From positions 10,297,403 through 10,361,402 of the forward strand of contig CM082587.2 of NCBI GenBank assembly GCA_040954595.2: DNA of 64,000 nucleotides. The letters are read 5' to 3'. Positions 1 through 12,724 of the stretch are shown here, one piece after another (within the stretch, counting starts at the first letter, position 1; every line of letters begins with the position of its first letter). The translations under genes and the position numbers were made by a program. The stretch is from Balanoglossus misakiensis (lineage: Eukaryota > Animalia > Hemichordata). The notes under the pieces were generated by a model, which was given only the letters and a program-made list of their open reading frames with translations, was not told the DNA's origin and made no database searches.

Positions 1-296
1 TGTCGGACAGGCGTTATTTCGAATAGTGTGTCTTGCATAACATACCAATATAGGCCTTAGATAGGGACGGTCGATCGGCCACACAAATTATCAGGTCATT
101 ATTTCTCCACTTTAATATGGTCACTTTTTGTAGGATATAACAAGACAAAACCGCTCTCTCCCATATAAATTATAAGATAGGGTCGGTCAATCAGCTGGCC
201 ACGCACACAATTATCGTGCCGCGTGCTCTGTGTGTACGCCTATGTGTTAGTGAAGCTTCCTTTTGCTTAATAATCGTAGAAATTCAAGCAGTGTTT

Positions 297-415
297 GCCT
301 ACGGCCATACCACGTCGAATACACCGGTTCTCGTCCGATCACCGAAGTTAAGCTGGTTGGGCGTGCTTAGTACTTGGATGGGTGACCGCCTGGGAATACC
401 ACGTGCCGTAGGCTT
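297..415 (+). rRNA. 5S rRNA (delC60, C71 variant)
   Basis: GCCTACGGCCATACC...GTAGGCTT; helix I ends complementary; box A/C; T5 terminator downstream. Confidence 0.93.
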
Positions 416-418
416 GAA

Positions 419-430
419 TTTTTCCTTTTT
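419..430 (+). terminator. Pol III oligo-T terminator (T5-CC-T5), repeated after each 5S copy
   Basis: GGCTT-GAA-TTTTTCCTTTTT downstream of the genes. Confidence 0.8.
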
Positions 431-1525
431 CTTAACTTTTGCATTAAACAGTCTTCCTTTTTGTCGTCGTAAACGTCCATTTTTAATTATTTTTTTTCTC
501 CAAATTCTTTAATTCCATGATCATATATTTTTGTTGAACATAACTTCATAAACCGTTCTCTCCTGTATAGGTCTAAGCTATAGGCGCTCGATGGACAACA
601 TACAAATTACCAGGTCGGGCTCGGAGTGAGTAGTGTCCAGCTTACGTTGAGTTCATTGTCGCAGAAATTCAAGCAGTCTTCATTACATTGTTTTTAAACT
701 TTCCTATTAGGCCTAAATAGTCTATTTATTATTTGTCGTCATATACATCAACTTCTTTCTTTCTTTAAATTCATGATTTCTATAACTACCTCAATTCCAC
801 GATCATTCAAGTTTGTTTGTTTTGCAGAACATAGCAAAACAAAACCGTTCGCTCTCGTGCTGTTTGCGTGTGTTAGTACTAGGCTAAAGCTTCGTTTGGG
901 TAAATAGTCGCAGAAAATCCAGCGGCTTTCAATTTTTGGTTTTTAAGTCCAATTTGGTGTATGATGTTAATATACCATCGGGACCTTATGGGGTCGGTTA
1001 AATCTGAATGTCATAAACGTCATTTTTTTAAAAAAAATTCATCTTTCAAGTGTTTTGCATAATAGGCCAAGACAAACCCGTTCCCTCCAATAAAAGATAG
1101 GGACGGTAATTAATTGCAATAGGGGCCTAATAAACAGAGGATGGTCTAAAAGATATCGTTGGTGGTGCTATCTCGGACAGCCAGGGTCACGATGGGGTCA
1201 CGTACGTCTATGATACCGCAAACAAGTCAACTCCACGCTAAATTCAACCTCTCCGCCGGACTGGTAACTTTTTTACTATCAGTCTGATGGAAAAACAACC
1301 AGTCTCGGACTGTTGGACAGGCGTTATTTCGAATAGTGTGTCTTGCATAACATACCAATATAGGCCTTAGATAGGGACGGTCGATCGGCCACACAAATTA
1401 TCAGGTCATTATTTCTCCACTTTAATATGGTCACTTTTTGTAGGATATAACAAGACAAAACCGCTCTCTCCCATATAAATTATAAGATAGGGTCGGTCAA
1501 TCAGCTGGCCACGCACACAATTATC

Positions 1526-1575
1526 GTTAGTACTTGGATGGGTGACCGCCTGGGAATACCACGTGCCGTAGGCTT
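1526..1575 (+). pseudogene. 5'-truncated 5S (nt 71-120)
   Basis: Spacer ATTATC joined directly to GTTAGTACTTGG. Confidence 0.93.
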
Positions 1576-2762
1576 GAATTTTTCCTTTTTCTTAACTTTT
1601 GCATTAAACAGTCTTCCTTTTTGTCGTCGTAAACGTCCATTTTTAATTATTTTTTTTTGTCCAAATTCTTTAATTCCATGATCATATATTTTTGTTGAAC
1701 ATAACTTCATAAACCGTTCTCTCCTGTATAGGTCTAAGCTATAGGCGCACGATGGACAACATACAAATTACCAGGTCGGGCTCGGAGTGAGTAGTGTCCA
1801 TCTTACGTTGAGTTCATTGTCGCAGAAATTCAAGCAGTCTTCATTACATTGTTTTTAAACTTTCCTATTAGGCCTAAATAGTATATTTATTAATTGTCGT
1901 CATATACATCAACTTCTTTCTTTCTTTAAATTCATGATTTCTATAACTACCTCAATTCCACGATCATTCAATTTTTTTTGCAGAACATAGCAAAACAAAA
2001 CCGTTCGCTCTCGTGCTGTTTGCGGGTGTTAGTACTAGGCTAAAGCTTCGTTTGGGTAAATAGTCGCAGAAACTCCAGCGGTTTTCAATTTTTGGTTTTT
2101 AAGTCCAATTTGGTGTATGATGTTAATATACCATTGGGACCTTATGGGGTCGGTTACATCTGTATGTCATAAACGTCATTTTTTTAAAAAAAATTCATCT
2201 TTCAAGTGTTTTGCATAACATGCCAAGACAAACCCGTTCCCTCCAATATAAGATAGGGACGGTAATTAATTGCAATAGGGGCCTAATAAACAGAGGATGG
2301 TCTAAAAGATATCGTTGGTGGTGCTATCCCGGACAGCCAGGGTCACGATGGGGTCACGTACGTCTATGATACCGCAAACAAGTCAACTCAACGCTAAAGT
2401 CAACCTGTCCGCCGGACTGGTAACTTTTTTACTATCAGTCTGATGGAAAAACAACCAGTCTCGGACTGTCGGACAGGCGTTATTTCGAATAGTGTGTCTT
2501 GCATAACATACCAATATAGGCCTTAGATAGGGACGGTCGATCGGCCACACAAATTATCAGGTCATTATTTCTCCACTTTAATATGGTCACTTTTTGTAGG
2601 ATATAACAAGACAAAACCGCTCTCTCCCATATAAATTATAAGATAGGGTCGGTCAATCAGCTGGCCACGCACACAATTATCGTGCCGCGTGCTCTGTGTG
2701 TACGCCTATGTGTTAGTGAAGCTTCCTTTTGCTTAATAATCGTAGAAATTCAAGCAGTGTTT

Positions 2763-2881
2763 GCCTACGGCCATACCACGTCGAATACACCGGTTCTCGT
2801 CCGATCACCGAAGTTAAGCTGGTTGGGCGTGCTTAGTACTTGGATGGGTGACCGCCTGGGAATACCACGTGCCGTAGGCTT
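2763..2881 (+). rRNA. 5S rRNA (delC60, C71)
   Basis: Matches array 5S consensus. Confidence 0.93.
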
Positions 2882-4074
2882 GAATTTTTCCTTTTTCTTA
2901 ACTTTTGCATTAAACAGTCTTCCTTTTTGTCGTCGTAAACGTCCATTTTTAATTATTTTTTTTCTCCAAATTCTTTAATTCCATGATCATATATTTTTGT
3001 TGAACATAACTTCATAAACCGTTCTCTCCTGTATAGGTCTAAGCTATAGGCGCTCGATGGACAACATACAAATTACCAGGTCGGGCTCGGAGTGAGTAGT
3101 GTCCAGCTTACGTTGAGTTCATTGTCGCAGAAATTCAAGCAGTCTTCATTACATTGTTTTTAAACTTTCCTATTAGGCCTAAATAGTCTATTTATTATTT
3201 GTCGTCATATACATCAACTTCTTTCTTTCTTTAAATTCATGATTTCTATAACTACCTCAATTCCACGATCATTCAAGTTTGTTTTTTTTTGCAGAACATA
3301 GCAAAACAAAACCGTTCGCTCTCGTGCTGTTTGCGTGTGTTAGTACTAGGCTAAAGCTTCGTTTGGGTAAATAGTCGCAGAAACTCCAGCGGCTTTCAAT
3401 TTTTGGTTTTTAAGTCCAATTTGGTGTATGATGTTAATATACCATCGGGACCTTATGGGGTCGGTTAAATCTGTATGTCATAAACGTCATTTTTTTTAAA
3501 AAAAATTCATCTTTCAAGTGTTTTGCATAATAGGCCAAGACAAACCCGTTCCCTCCAATATAAGATAGGGACGGTAATTAATTGCAATAGGGGCCTAATA
3601 AACAGAGGATGGTCTAAAAGATATCGTTGGTGGTGCTATCTCGGACAGCCAGGGTCACGATGGGGTCACGTACGTCTATGATACCGCAAACAAGTCAACT
3701 CCACGCTAAATTCAACCTCTCCGCCGGACTGGTAACTTTTTTACTATCAGTCTGATGGAAAAACAACCAGTCTCGGACTGTCGGACAGGCGTTATTTCGA
3801 ATAGTGTGTCTTGCATAACATACCAATATAGGCCTTAGATAGGGACGGTCGATCGGCCACACAAATTATCAGGTCATTATTTCTCCACTTTAATATGGTC
3901 ACTTTTTGTAGGATATAACAAGACAAAACCGCTCTCTCCCATATAAATTATAAGATAGGGTCGGTCAATCAGCTGGCCACGCACACAATTATCGTGCCGC
4001 GTGCTCTGTGTGTACGCCTATGTGGTAGTGAAGCTTCCGTTTGCTTAATAATCGTAGAAATTCAAGCAGTGTTT

Positions 4075-4193
4075 GCCTACGGCCATACCACGTCGAATAC
4101 ACCGGTTCTCGTCCGATCACCAAAGTTAAGCTGGTTGGGCGTGCTTAGTACTTGGATGGGTGACCGCCTGGGAATACCACGTGCCGTAGGCTT
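4075..4193 (+). rRNA. 5S rRNA (G48A, delC60, C71)
   Basis: Matches array 5S consensus. Confidence 0.92.
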
Positions 4194-5138
4194 GAATTTT
4201 TCCTTTTTCTTAACTTTTGCATTAAACAGTCTTCCTTTTTGTCGTCGTAAACGTCCATTTTTAATTATTGTTTTTTCTCCAAATTCTTTAATTCCATGGT
4301 TATATATTTTTGTTGAACATAACTTCATAAACCGTTCTCTCCTATATAGGTCTAAGCTATAGGCGCTCGATGGACAACATACAAATTACCAGGTCGGGCT
4401 CGGAGTGAGTAGTGTCCAGCTTACGTTGAGTTCATAGTCGCAGAAACTCCAGCGGCTTTCAATTTTTGGTTTTTAAGTCCAATTTGGTGTATGATGTAAA
4501 TATATATCATTGGGACCTTATGGGGTCGGTTACATCTGTATGTCATAAACGTCATTTTTTTAAAAAAAAATTCATCTTTCAAGTGTTTTGCATAACATGC
4601 CAAGACAAACCCGTTCCCTCCAATATAAGATAGGGACGGTAATTAATTGCAATAGGGGCTAATAAACAGAGGATGGTCTAAAAGATATCGTTGGTGGTGC
4701 TATCCCGGACAGCCAGGGTCACGATGGGGTCACGTACGTCTATGATACCGCAAACAAGTCAACTCCACGCTAAATTCAACCTGTCCGCCGGACTGGTAAC
4801 TTTTTTACTATCAGTCTGATGGAAAAACAACCAGTCTCGGACTGTCGGACAGGCGTTATTTCGAATATTGTGTCTTGCATAACATACCAATATAGGCCTT
4901 AGATAGGGACGGTCGATCGGCCACACAAATTATCAGGTCATTATTTCTCCACTTTAATATGGTCACTTTTTGTAGGATATAACAAGACAAAACCGCTCTC
5001 TCCCATATAAATTATAAGATAGGGTCGGTCAATCAGCTGGCCACGCACACAATTATCGTGCCGCGTGCTCTGTGTGTACGCCTATGTGTTAGTGAAGCTT
5101 CCGTTTGCTTAATAATCGTAGAAATTCAAGCAGTGTTT

Positions 5139-5257
5139 GCCTACGGCGATACCACGTCGAATACACCGGTTCTCGTCCGATCACCAAAGTTAAGCTGGTT
5201 GGGCGTGCTTAGTACTTGGATGGGTGACCGCCTGGGAATACCACGTGCCGTAGGCTT
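5139..5257 (+). rRNA. 5S rRNA (C10G, G48A, delC60, C71)
   Basis: Matches array 5S consensus. Confidence 0.92.
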
Positions 5258-6449
5258 GAATTTTTCCTTTTTCTTAACTTTTGCATTAAACAGTCTTCCT
5301 TTTTGTCGTCGTAAACGTCCATTTTTAATTATTTTTTTTCTCCAAATTCTTTAATTCCATGATCATATATTTTTGTTGAACATAACTTCATAAACCGTTC
5401 TCTCCTGTATAGGTCTAAGCTATAGGCGCTCGATGGACAACATACAAATTACCAGGTCGGGCTCGGAGTGAGTAGTGTCCAGCTTACGTTGAGTTCATTG
5501 TCGCAGAAATTCAAGCAGTCTTCATTACATTGTTTTTAAACTTTCCTATTAGGCCTAAATAGTCTATTTATTATTTGTCGTCATATACATCAACTTCTTT
5601 CTTTCTTTAAATTCATGATTTCTATAACTACCTCAATTCCACGATCATTCAAGTTTGTTTTTTTTGCAGAACATAGCAAAACAAAACCGTTCGCTCTCGT
5701 GCTGTTTGCGTGTGTTAGTACTAGGCTAAAGCTTCGTTTGGGTAAATAGTCGCAGAAAATCCAGCGGCTTTCAATTTTTGGTTTTTAAGTCCAATTTGGT
5801 GTATGATGTTAATATACCATCGGGACCTTATGGGGTCGGTTAAATCTGAATGTCATAAACGTCATTTTTTTAAAAAAAATTCATCTTTCAAGTGTTTTGC
5901 ATAATAGGCCAAGACAAACCCGTTCCCTCCAATAAAAGATAGGGACGGTAATTAATTGCAATAGGGGCCTAATAAACAGAGGATGGTCTAAAAGATATCG
6001 TTGGTGGTGCTATCTCGGACAGCCAGGGTCACGATGGGGTCACGTACGTCTATGATACCGCAAACAAGTCAACTCCACGCTAAATTCAACCTCTCCGCCG
6101 GACTGGTAACTTTTTTACTATCAGTCTGATGGAAAAACAACCAGTCTCGGACTGTCGGACAGGCGTTATTTCGAATAGTGTGTCTTGCATAACATACCAA
6201 TATAGGCCTTAGATAGGGACGGTCGATCGGCCACACAAATTATCAGGTCATTATTTCTCCATTTTAATATGGTCACTTTTTGTAGGATATAACAAGACAA
6301 AACCGCTCTCTCCCATATAAATTATAAGATAGGGTCGGTCAATCAGCTGGCCACGCACACAATTATCGTGCCGCGTGCTCTGTGTGTACGCCTATGTGGT
6401 AGTGAAGCTTCCATTTTGCTTAATAATCGTAGAAATTCAAGCAGTGTTT

Positions 6450-6568
6450 GCCTACGGCCATACCACGTCGAATACACCGGTTCTCGTCCGATCACCAAAG
6501 TTAAGCTGGTTGGGCGTGCTTAGTACTTGGATGGGTGACCGCCTGGGAATACCACGTGCCGTAGGCTT
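6450..6568 (+). rRNA. 5S rRNA (G48A, delC60, C71)
   Basis: Matches array 5S consensus. Confidence 0.92.
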
Positions 6569-7515
6569 GAATTTTTCCTTTTTCTTAACTTTTGCATTAA
6601 ACAGTCTTCCTTTTTGTCGTCGTAAACGTCCATTTTTAATTATTGTTTTTTCTCCAAATTCTTTAATTCCATGGTTATATATTTTTGTTGAACATAACTT
6701 CATAAACCGTTCTCTCCTATATAGGTCTAAGCTATAGGCGCTCGATGGACAACATACAAATTACCAGGTCGGGCTCGGAGTGAGTAGTGTCCAGCTTACG
6801 TTGAGTTCATAGTCGCAGAAACTCCAGCGGCTTTCAATTTTTGGTTTTTAAGTCCAATTTGGTGTATGATGTTAATATACCATTGGGACCCTATGGGGTC
6901 GGTTACATCTGTATGTCATAAACGTCATTTTTTTAATTAAAACAAAATTCATCTTTCAAGTGTTTTGCATAACATGCCAAGACAAACCCGTTCCCTCCAA
7001 TATAAGATAGGGACGGTAATTAATTGCAATAGGGGCCTAATAAACAGAGGATGGTCTAAAAGATATCGTTGGTGGTGCTATCTCGGACAGCCAGGGTCAC
7101 GATGGGGTCACGTACGTCTATGATACCGCAAACAAGTCAACTCCACGCTAAATTCAACCTCTCCGCCGGACTGGTAACTTTTTACTATCAGTCTGATGGA
7201 AAAACAACCAGTCTCGGACTGTCGGACAGGCGTTATTTCGAATAGTGTGTCTTGCATAACATACCAATATAGGCCTTAGATAGGGACGGTCGATCGGCCA
7301 CACAAATTATCAGGTCATTATTTCTCCACTTTAATATGGTCACTTTTTGTAGGATATAACAAGACAAAACCGCTCTCTCCCATATAAATTATAAGATCGG
7401 GTCGGTCAATCAGCTGGCCACGCACACAATTATCGTGCCGCGTGCTCTGTGTGTACGCCTATGTGGTAGTGAAGCTTCCGTTTGCTTAATAATCGTAGAA
7501 ATTCAAGCAGTGTTT

Positions 7516-7635
7516 GCCTACGGCCATACCACGTCGAATACACCGGTTCTCGTCCGATCACCGAAGTTAAGCTGCGTGGGGCGTGCTTAGTACTTGGATG
7601 GGTGACCGCCTGGGAATACCACGTGCCGTAGGCTT
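7516..7635 (+). rRNA. 5S rRNA (T63G, C71)
   Basis: 120-nt copy. Confidence 0.94.
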
Positions 7636-8827
7636 GAATTTTTCCTTTTTCTTAACTTTTGCATTAAACAGTCTTCCTTTTTGTCGTCGTAAACGTCCAT
7701 TTTTAATTATTTTTTTTCTCCAAATTCTTTAATTCCATGATCATATATGTTTGTTGAACATAAATTCATAAACCGTTCTCTCCTGTATAGGTCTAAGCTA
7801 TAGGCGCTCGATGGACAACATACAAATTACCAGGTCGGGCTCGGAGTGAGTAGTGTCCAGCTTACGTTGAGTTCATTGTCGCAGAAATTCAAGCAGTCTT
7901 CATTACATTGTTTTTAAACTTTCCTATTAGGCCTAAATAGTCTATTTATTATTTGTCGTCATATACATCAACTTCTTTCTTTCTTTAAATTCATGATTTC
8001 TATAACTACCTCAATTCCACGATCATTCAAGTTTTTTTTTTTTGCAGAACATAGCAAAACAAAACCGTTCGCTCTCGTGCTGTTTGCGTGTGTTAGTACT
8101 AGGCTAAAGCTTCGTTTGGGTAAACAGTCGCAGAAACTCCCGCGGCTTTCAATTTTTGGTTTTTAAGTCCAATTTGGTGTATGATGTTAATATACCATTG
8201 GGACCTTATGGGGTCGATTAAATCTGTATGTCATAAACGTCATTTAAAAAAAAAAAAATTCATCTTTCAAGTGTTTTGCATAACATGCCAAGACAAACCC
8301 GTTCCCTCCAATATAAGATAGGGACGGTAATTAATTGCAATAGGGGCCTAATAAACAGAGGATGGTCTAAAAGATATCGTTGGTGGTGCTATCCCGGACA
8401 GCCAGGGTCACGATGGGGTCACGTACATCTATGATACCGCAAACAAGTCAACTCCACGCTAAATTCAACCTGTCCGCCGGACTGGTAACTTTTTTACTAT
8501 CAGTCTGATGGAAAAACAACCAGTCTCGGACTGTCGGACAGGCGTTATTTCGAATAGTGTGTCTTGCATAACATACCAATATAGGCCTTAGATAGGGACG
8601 GTCGATCGGCCACACAAATTATCAGGTCATTATTTCTCCACTTTAATATGGTCACTTTTTGTAGGATATAACAAGACAAAACCGCTCTCTCCCATATAAA
8701 TTATAAGATAGGGCCGGTCAATCAGCTGGCCACGCACACAATTATCGTGCCGCGTGCTCTGTGTGTACGCCTATGTGTTAGTGAAGCTTCCGTTTGCTTA
8801 ATAATTGTAGAAATTCAAGCAGTGTTT

Positions 8828-8947
8828 GCCTACGGCCATACCACGTCGAATACACCGGTTCTCGTCCGATCACCGAAGTTAAGCTGCGTTGGGCGTGCTT
8901 AGTACTTGGATGGGTGACCGCCTGGGAATACCACGTGCCGTAGGCTT
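8828..8947 (+). rRNA. 5S rRNA (C71)
   Basis: 120-nt copy. Confidence 0.95.
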
Positions 8948-10137
8948 GAATTTTTCCTTTTTCTTAACTTTTGCATTAAACAGTCTTCCTTTTTGTCGTC
9001 GTAAACGTCCATTTTTAATTATTTTTTTTCTCCAAATTCTTTAATTCCATGATCATATATGTTTGTTGAACATAAATTCATAAACCGTTCTCTCCTGTAT
9101 AGGTCTAAGCTATAGGCGCTCGATGGACAACATACAAATTACCAGGTCGAGCTCGGAGTGAGTAGTGTCCAGCTTACGTTGAGTTCATTGTCGCAGAAAT
9201 TCAAGCAGTCTTCATTACATTGTTTTTAATTTCCTATTAGGCCTAAATAGTCTATTTATTATTTGTCGTCATATACATCAACTTCTTTCTTTCTTTAAAT
9301 TCATGATTTCTATAACTACCTCAATTCCACGATCATTCAAGTTTGTTTGTTTTGCAGAACATAGCAAAACAAAACCGTTCGCTCTCGTGCTGTTTGCGTG
9401 TGTTAGTACTAGGCTAAAGCTTCGTTTGGGTAAATAGTCGCAGAAACTCCAGCGGCTTTCAATTTTTGGTTTTTAAGTCCAATTTGGTGTATGATGTTAA
9501 TATACCATTGGGACCTTATGGGGTCGGTTACATCTGTATGTCATAAACGTCATTTTAAAAAAAAAAAATTCATCTTTCAAGTGTTTTGCATAACATGCCA
9601 AGACAAACCGTTCCCTCCAATATAAGATAGGGACGGTAATTAATTGCAATAGGGGCCTAATAAACAGAGGATGGTCTAAAAGATATCGTCGGTGGTGCTA
9701 TCCCGGACAGCCAGGGTCACGATGGGGTCACGTACGTCTATGATACCGCAAACAAGTCAACTCCACGCTAAATTCAACCTGTCCGCCGGACTGGTAACTT
9801 TTTTTACTATCAGTCTGATGGAAAAACAACCAGTCTCGGACTGTCGGACAGGCGTTATATCGAATAGTGTGTCTTGCATAACATACCAATATAGGCCTTA
9901 GATAGGGACGGTCGATCGGCCACACAAATTATCAGGTCATTATTTCTCCACTTTAATATGGTCACTTTTTGTAGGATATAACAAGACAAAACCGCTCTCT
10001 CCCATATAAATTATAAGATAGGGTCGGTCAATCAGCTGGCCACGCACACAATTATCGTGCCGCGTGCTCTGTGTGTACGCCTATGTGTTAGTGAAGCTTC
10101 CGTTTGCTTAATAATCGTAGAAATTCAAGCAGTGTTT

Positions 10138-10257
10138 GCCTACGGCCATACCACGTCGAATACACCGGTTCTCGTCCGATCACCGAAGTTAAGCTGCGTT
10201 GGGCGTGGTTAGTACTTGGATGGGTGACCGCCTGGGAATACCACGTGCCGTAGGCTT
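10138..10257 (+). rRNA. 5S rRNA (array consensus)
   Basis: 120-nt copy. Confidence 0.96.
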
Positions 10258-11364
10258 GAATTTTTCCTTTTTCTTAACTTTTGCATTAAACAGTCTTCCT
10301 TTTTGTCGTCGTAAACGTCCATTTTTAATTATTGTTTTTTCTCCAAATTCTTTAATTCCATGATCATATATTTTTGTTGAACATAACTTCATAAACCGTT
10401 CTCTCCTGTATAGGTCTAAGCTATAGGCGCTCGATGGACAACATACAAATTACCAGGTCGGGCTCGGAGTGAGTAGTGTCCAGCTTACGTTGAGTTCATT
10501 GTCGCAGAAATTCAAGCAGTCTTCATTACATTGTTTTTAAACTTTCCTATTAGGCCTAAATAGTCTATTTATTATTTGTCGTCATATACATCAACTTCTT
10601 TCTTTCTTTAAATTCATGATTTCTATAACTACCTCAATTCCACGATCATTCAAGTTTTTTTTTGCAGAACATAGCAAAACAAAACCGTTCGCTCTCGTGC
10701 TGTTTGCGTGTGTTAGTACTAGGCTAAAGCTTCGTTTGGGTAAATAGTCGCAGAAACTCCAGCGGCTTTCAATTTTTGGTTTTTAAGTCCAATTTGGTGT
10801 ATGATGTTAATATACCATTGGGACCTTATGGGGTCGGATTCATCTGTATGTCGTAAACGTCATTTTAAAAAAAAAAATCATCTTTCAAGTGTTTTGCATA
10901 ACATGCCAAGACAAACCCGTTCCCTCCAATATAAGATAGGGACGGTAATTAATTGCAATAGGGGCCTAATAAACAGAGGATGGTCTAAAAGATATCGTTG
11001 GTGGTGCTATCCCGGACAGCCAGGGTCACGATGGGGTCACGTATGTCTATGATACCGCAAACAAGTCAACTCCACGCTAAATTCAACCTGTCCGCCGGAC
11101 TGGTAACTTTTTTTACTATCAGTCTGAAGGAAAAACAACCAGTCTCGGACTGTCGGACAGGCGTTATTTCGAATAGTGTGTCTTGCATAACATACCAATA
11201 TAGGCCTTAGATAGGGACGGTCGATCGGCCACACAAATTATCAGGTCATTATTTCTCCACTTTAATATGGTCACTTTTTGTAGGATATAACAAGACAAAA
11301 CCGCTCTCTCCCATATTATTATAAGATAGGGTCGGTCAATCAGCTGGCCACGCACACAATTATC

Positions 11365-11414
11365 GTTAGTACTTGGATGGGTGACCGCCTGGGAATACCA
11401 CGTGCCGTAGGCTT
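11365..11414 (+). pseudogene. 5'-truncated 5S (nt 71-120)
   Basis: Same deletion junction as 1526. Confidence 0.93.
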
Positions 11415-12604
11415 GAATTTTTCCTTTTTCTTAACTTTTGCATTAAACAGTCTTTCTTTTGGTCGTCGTAAACGTCCATTTTTAATTATTGTTTTTTCTC
11501 TAAATTCTTTAATTCCATGATCATATATTTTTGTTGAACATAACTTCATAAACCGTTCTCTCCTCTATAGGTCTAAGCTATAGGCGCTCGATGGACAACA
11601 TACAAATTACCAGGTCGGGCTCGGAGTGAGTAGTGTCCAGCTTACGTTGAGTTCATTGTCGCAGAAATTCAAGCAGTCTTCATTACATTGTTTTTAAACT
11701 TTCCTATTAGGCCTAAATAGTCTATTTATTATTTGTCGTCATATACATCAACTTCTTTCTTTCTTTAAATTCATGATTTCTATAACTACCTCAATTCCAC
11801 GATCATTCGAGTTTTTTTTTGCAGAATATAGCAAAACAAAACCGTTCGCTCTCGTGCTGTTTGCGTGTGTTAGTACTAGGCTAAAGCTTCGTTTGGGTAA
11901 ATAGTCGCAGAAACTCCAGCGGCTTTCAATTTTTGGTTTTTAAGTCCAATTTGGTGTATGATGTTAATATACCATTGGGACCTTATGGGGTCGGTTACAT
12001 CTGTATGTCATAAACGTCATTTAAAAAAAAAAAATTCATCTTTCAAGTGTTTTGCATAACATGCCAAGACAAACCCGTTCCCTCCAATATAAGATAGGGA
12101 CGGTAATTAATTGCAATAGGGGCCTAATAAACAGAGGATGGTCTAAAAGATATCGTTGGTGGTGCTATCCCGGACAGCCAGGGTCACGATGGGGTCACGT
12201 ACGTCTATGATACCGCAAACAAGTCAACTCCACGCTAAATTCAACCTGTCCGCCGGACTGGTAACTTTTTTTACTATCAGTCTGATGGAAAAACAACCAG
12301 TCTCGGACTGTCGGACAGGCGTTATATCGAATAGTGTGTCTTGCATAACATACCAATATAGGCCTTAGATAGGGACGGTCGATCGGCCACACAAATTATC
12401 AGGTCATTATTTCTCCACTTTAATATGGTCACTTTTTGTAGGATATAACAAGACAAAACCGCTCTCTCCCATATAAATTATAAGATAGGGTCGGTCAATC
12501 AGCTGGCCACGCACACAATTATCGTGCCGCGTGCTCTGTGTGTACGCCTATGTGTTAGTGAAGCTTCCGTTTGCTTAATAATCGTAGAAATTCAAGCAGT
12601 GTTT

Positions 12605-12724
12605 GCCTACGGCCATACCACGTCGAATACACCGGTTCTCGTCCGATCACCGAAGTTAAGCTGCGTTGGGCGTGGTTAGTACGTGGATGGGTGACCGCCT
12701 GGGAATACCATGTGCCGTAGGCTT
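12605..12724 (+). rRNA. 5S rRNA (T79G, C107T)
   Basis: 120-nt copy. Confidence 0.93.

Noticed and set aside
2030-2116. Spliced-leader or snRNA gene in the spacer (GG|GTAAAT donor-like site, Sm-like AATTTTTGG)
   Set aside because: 5S-SL linkage is known in other animals, but this segment is one of the decayed upstream subrepeats, the donor is deleted in all short units, and no convincing 3' stem follows. An Infernal search or a leader search on mRNA 5' ends would settle it.
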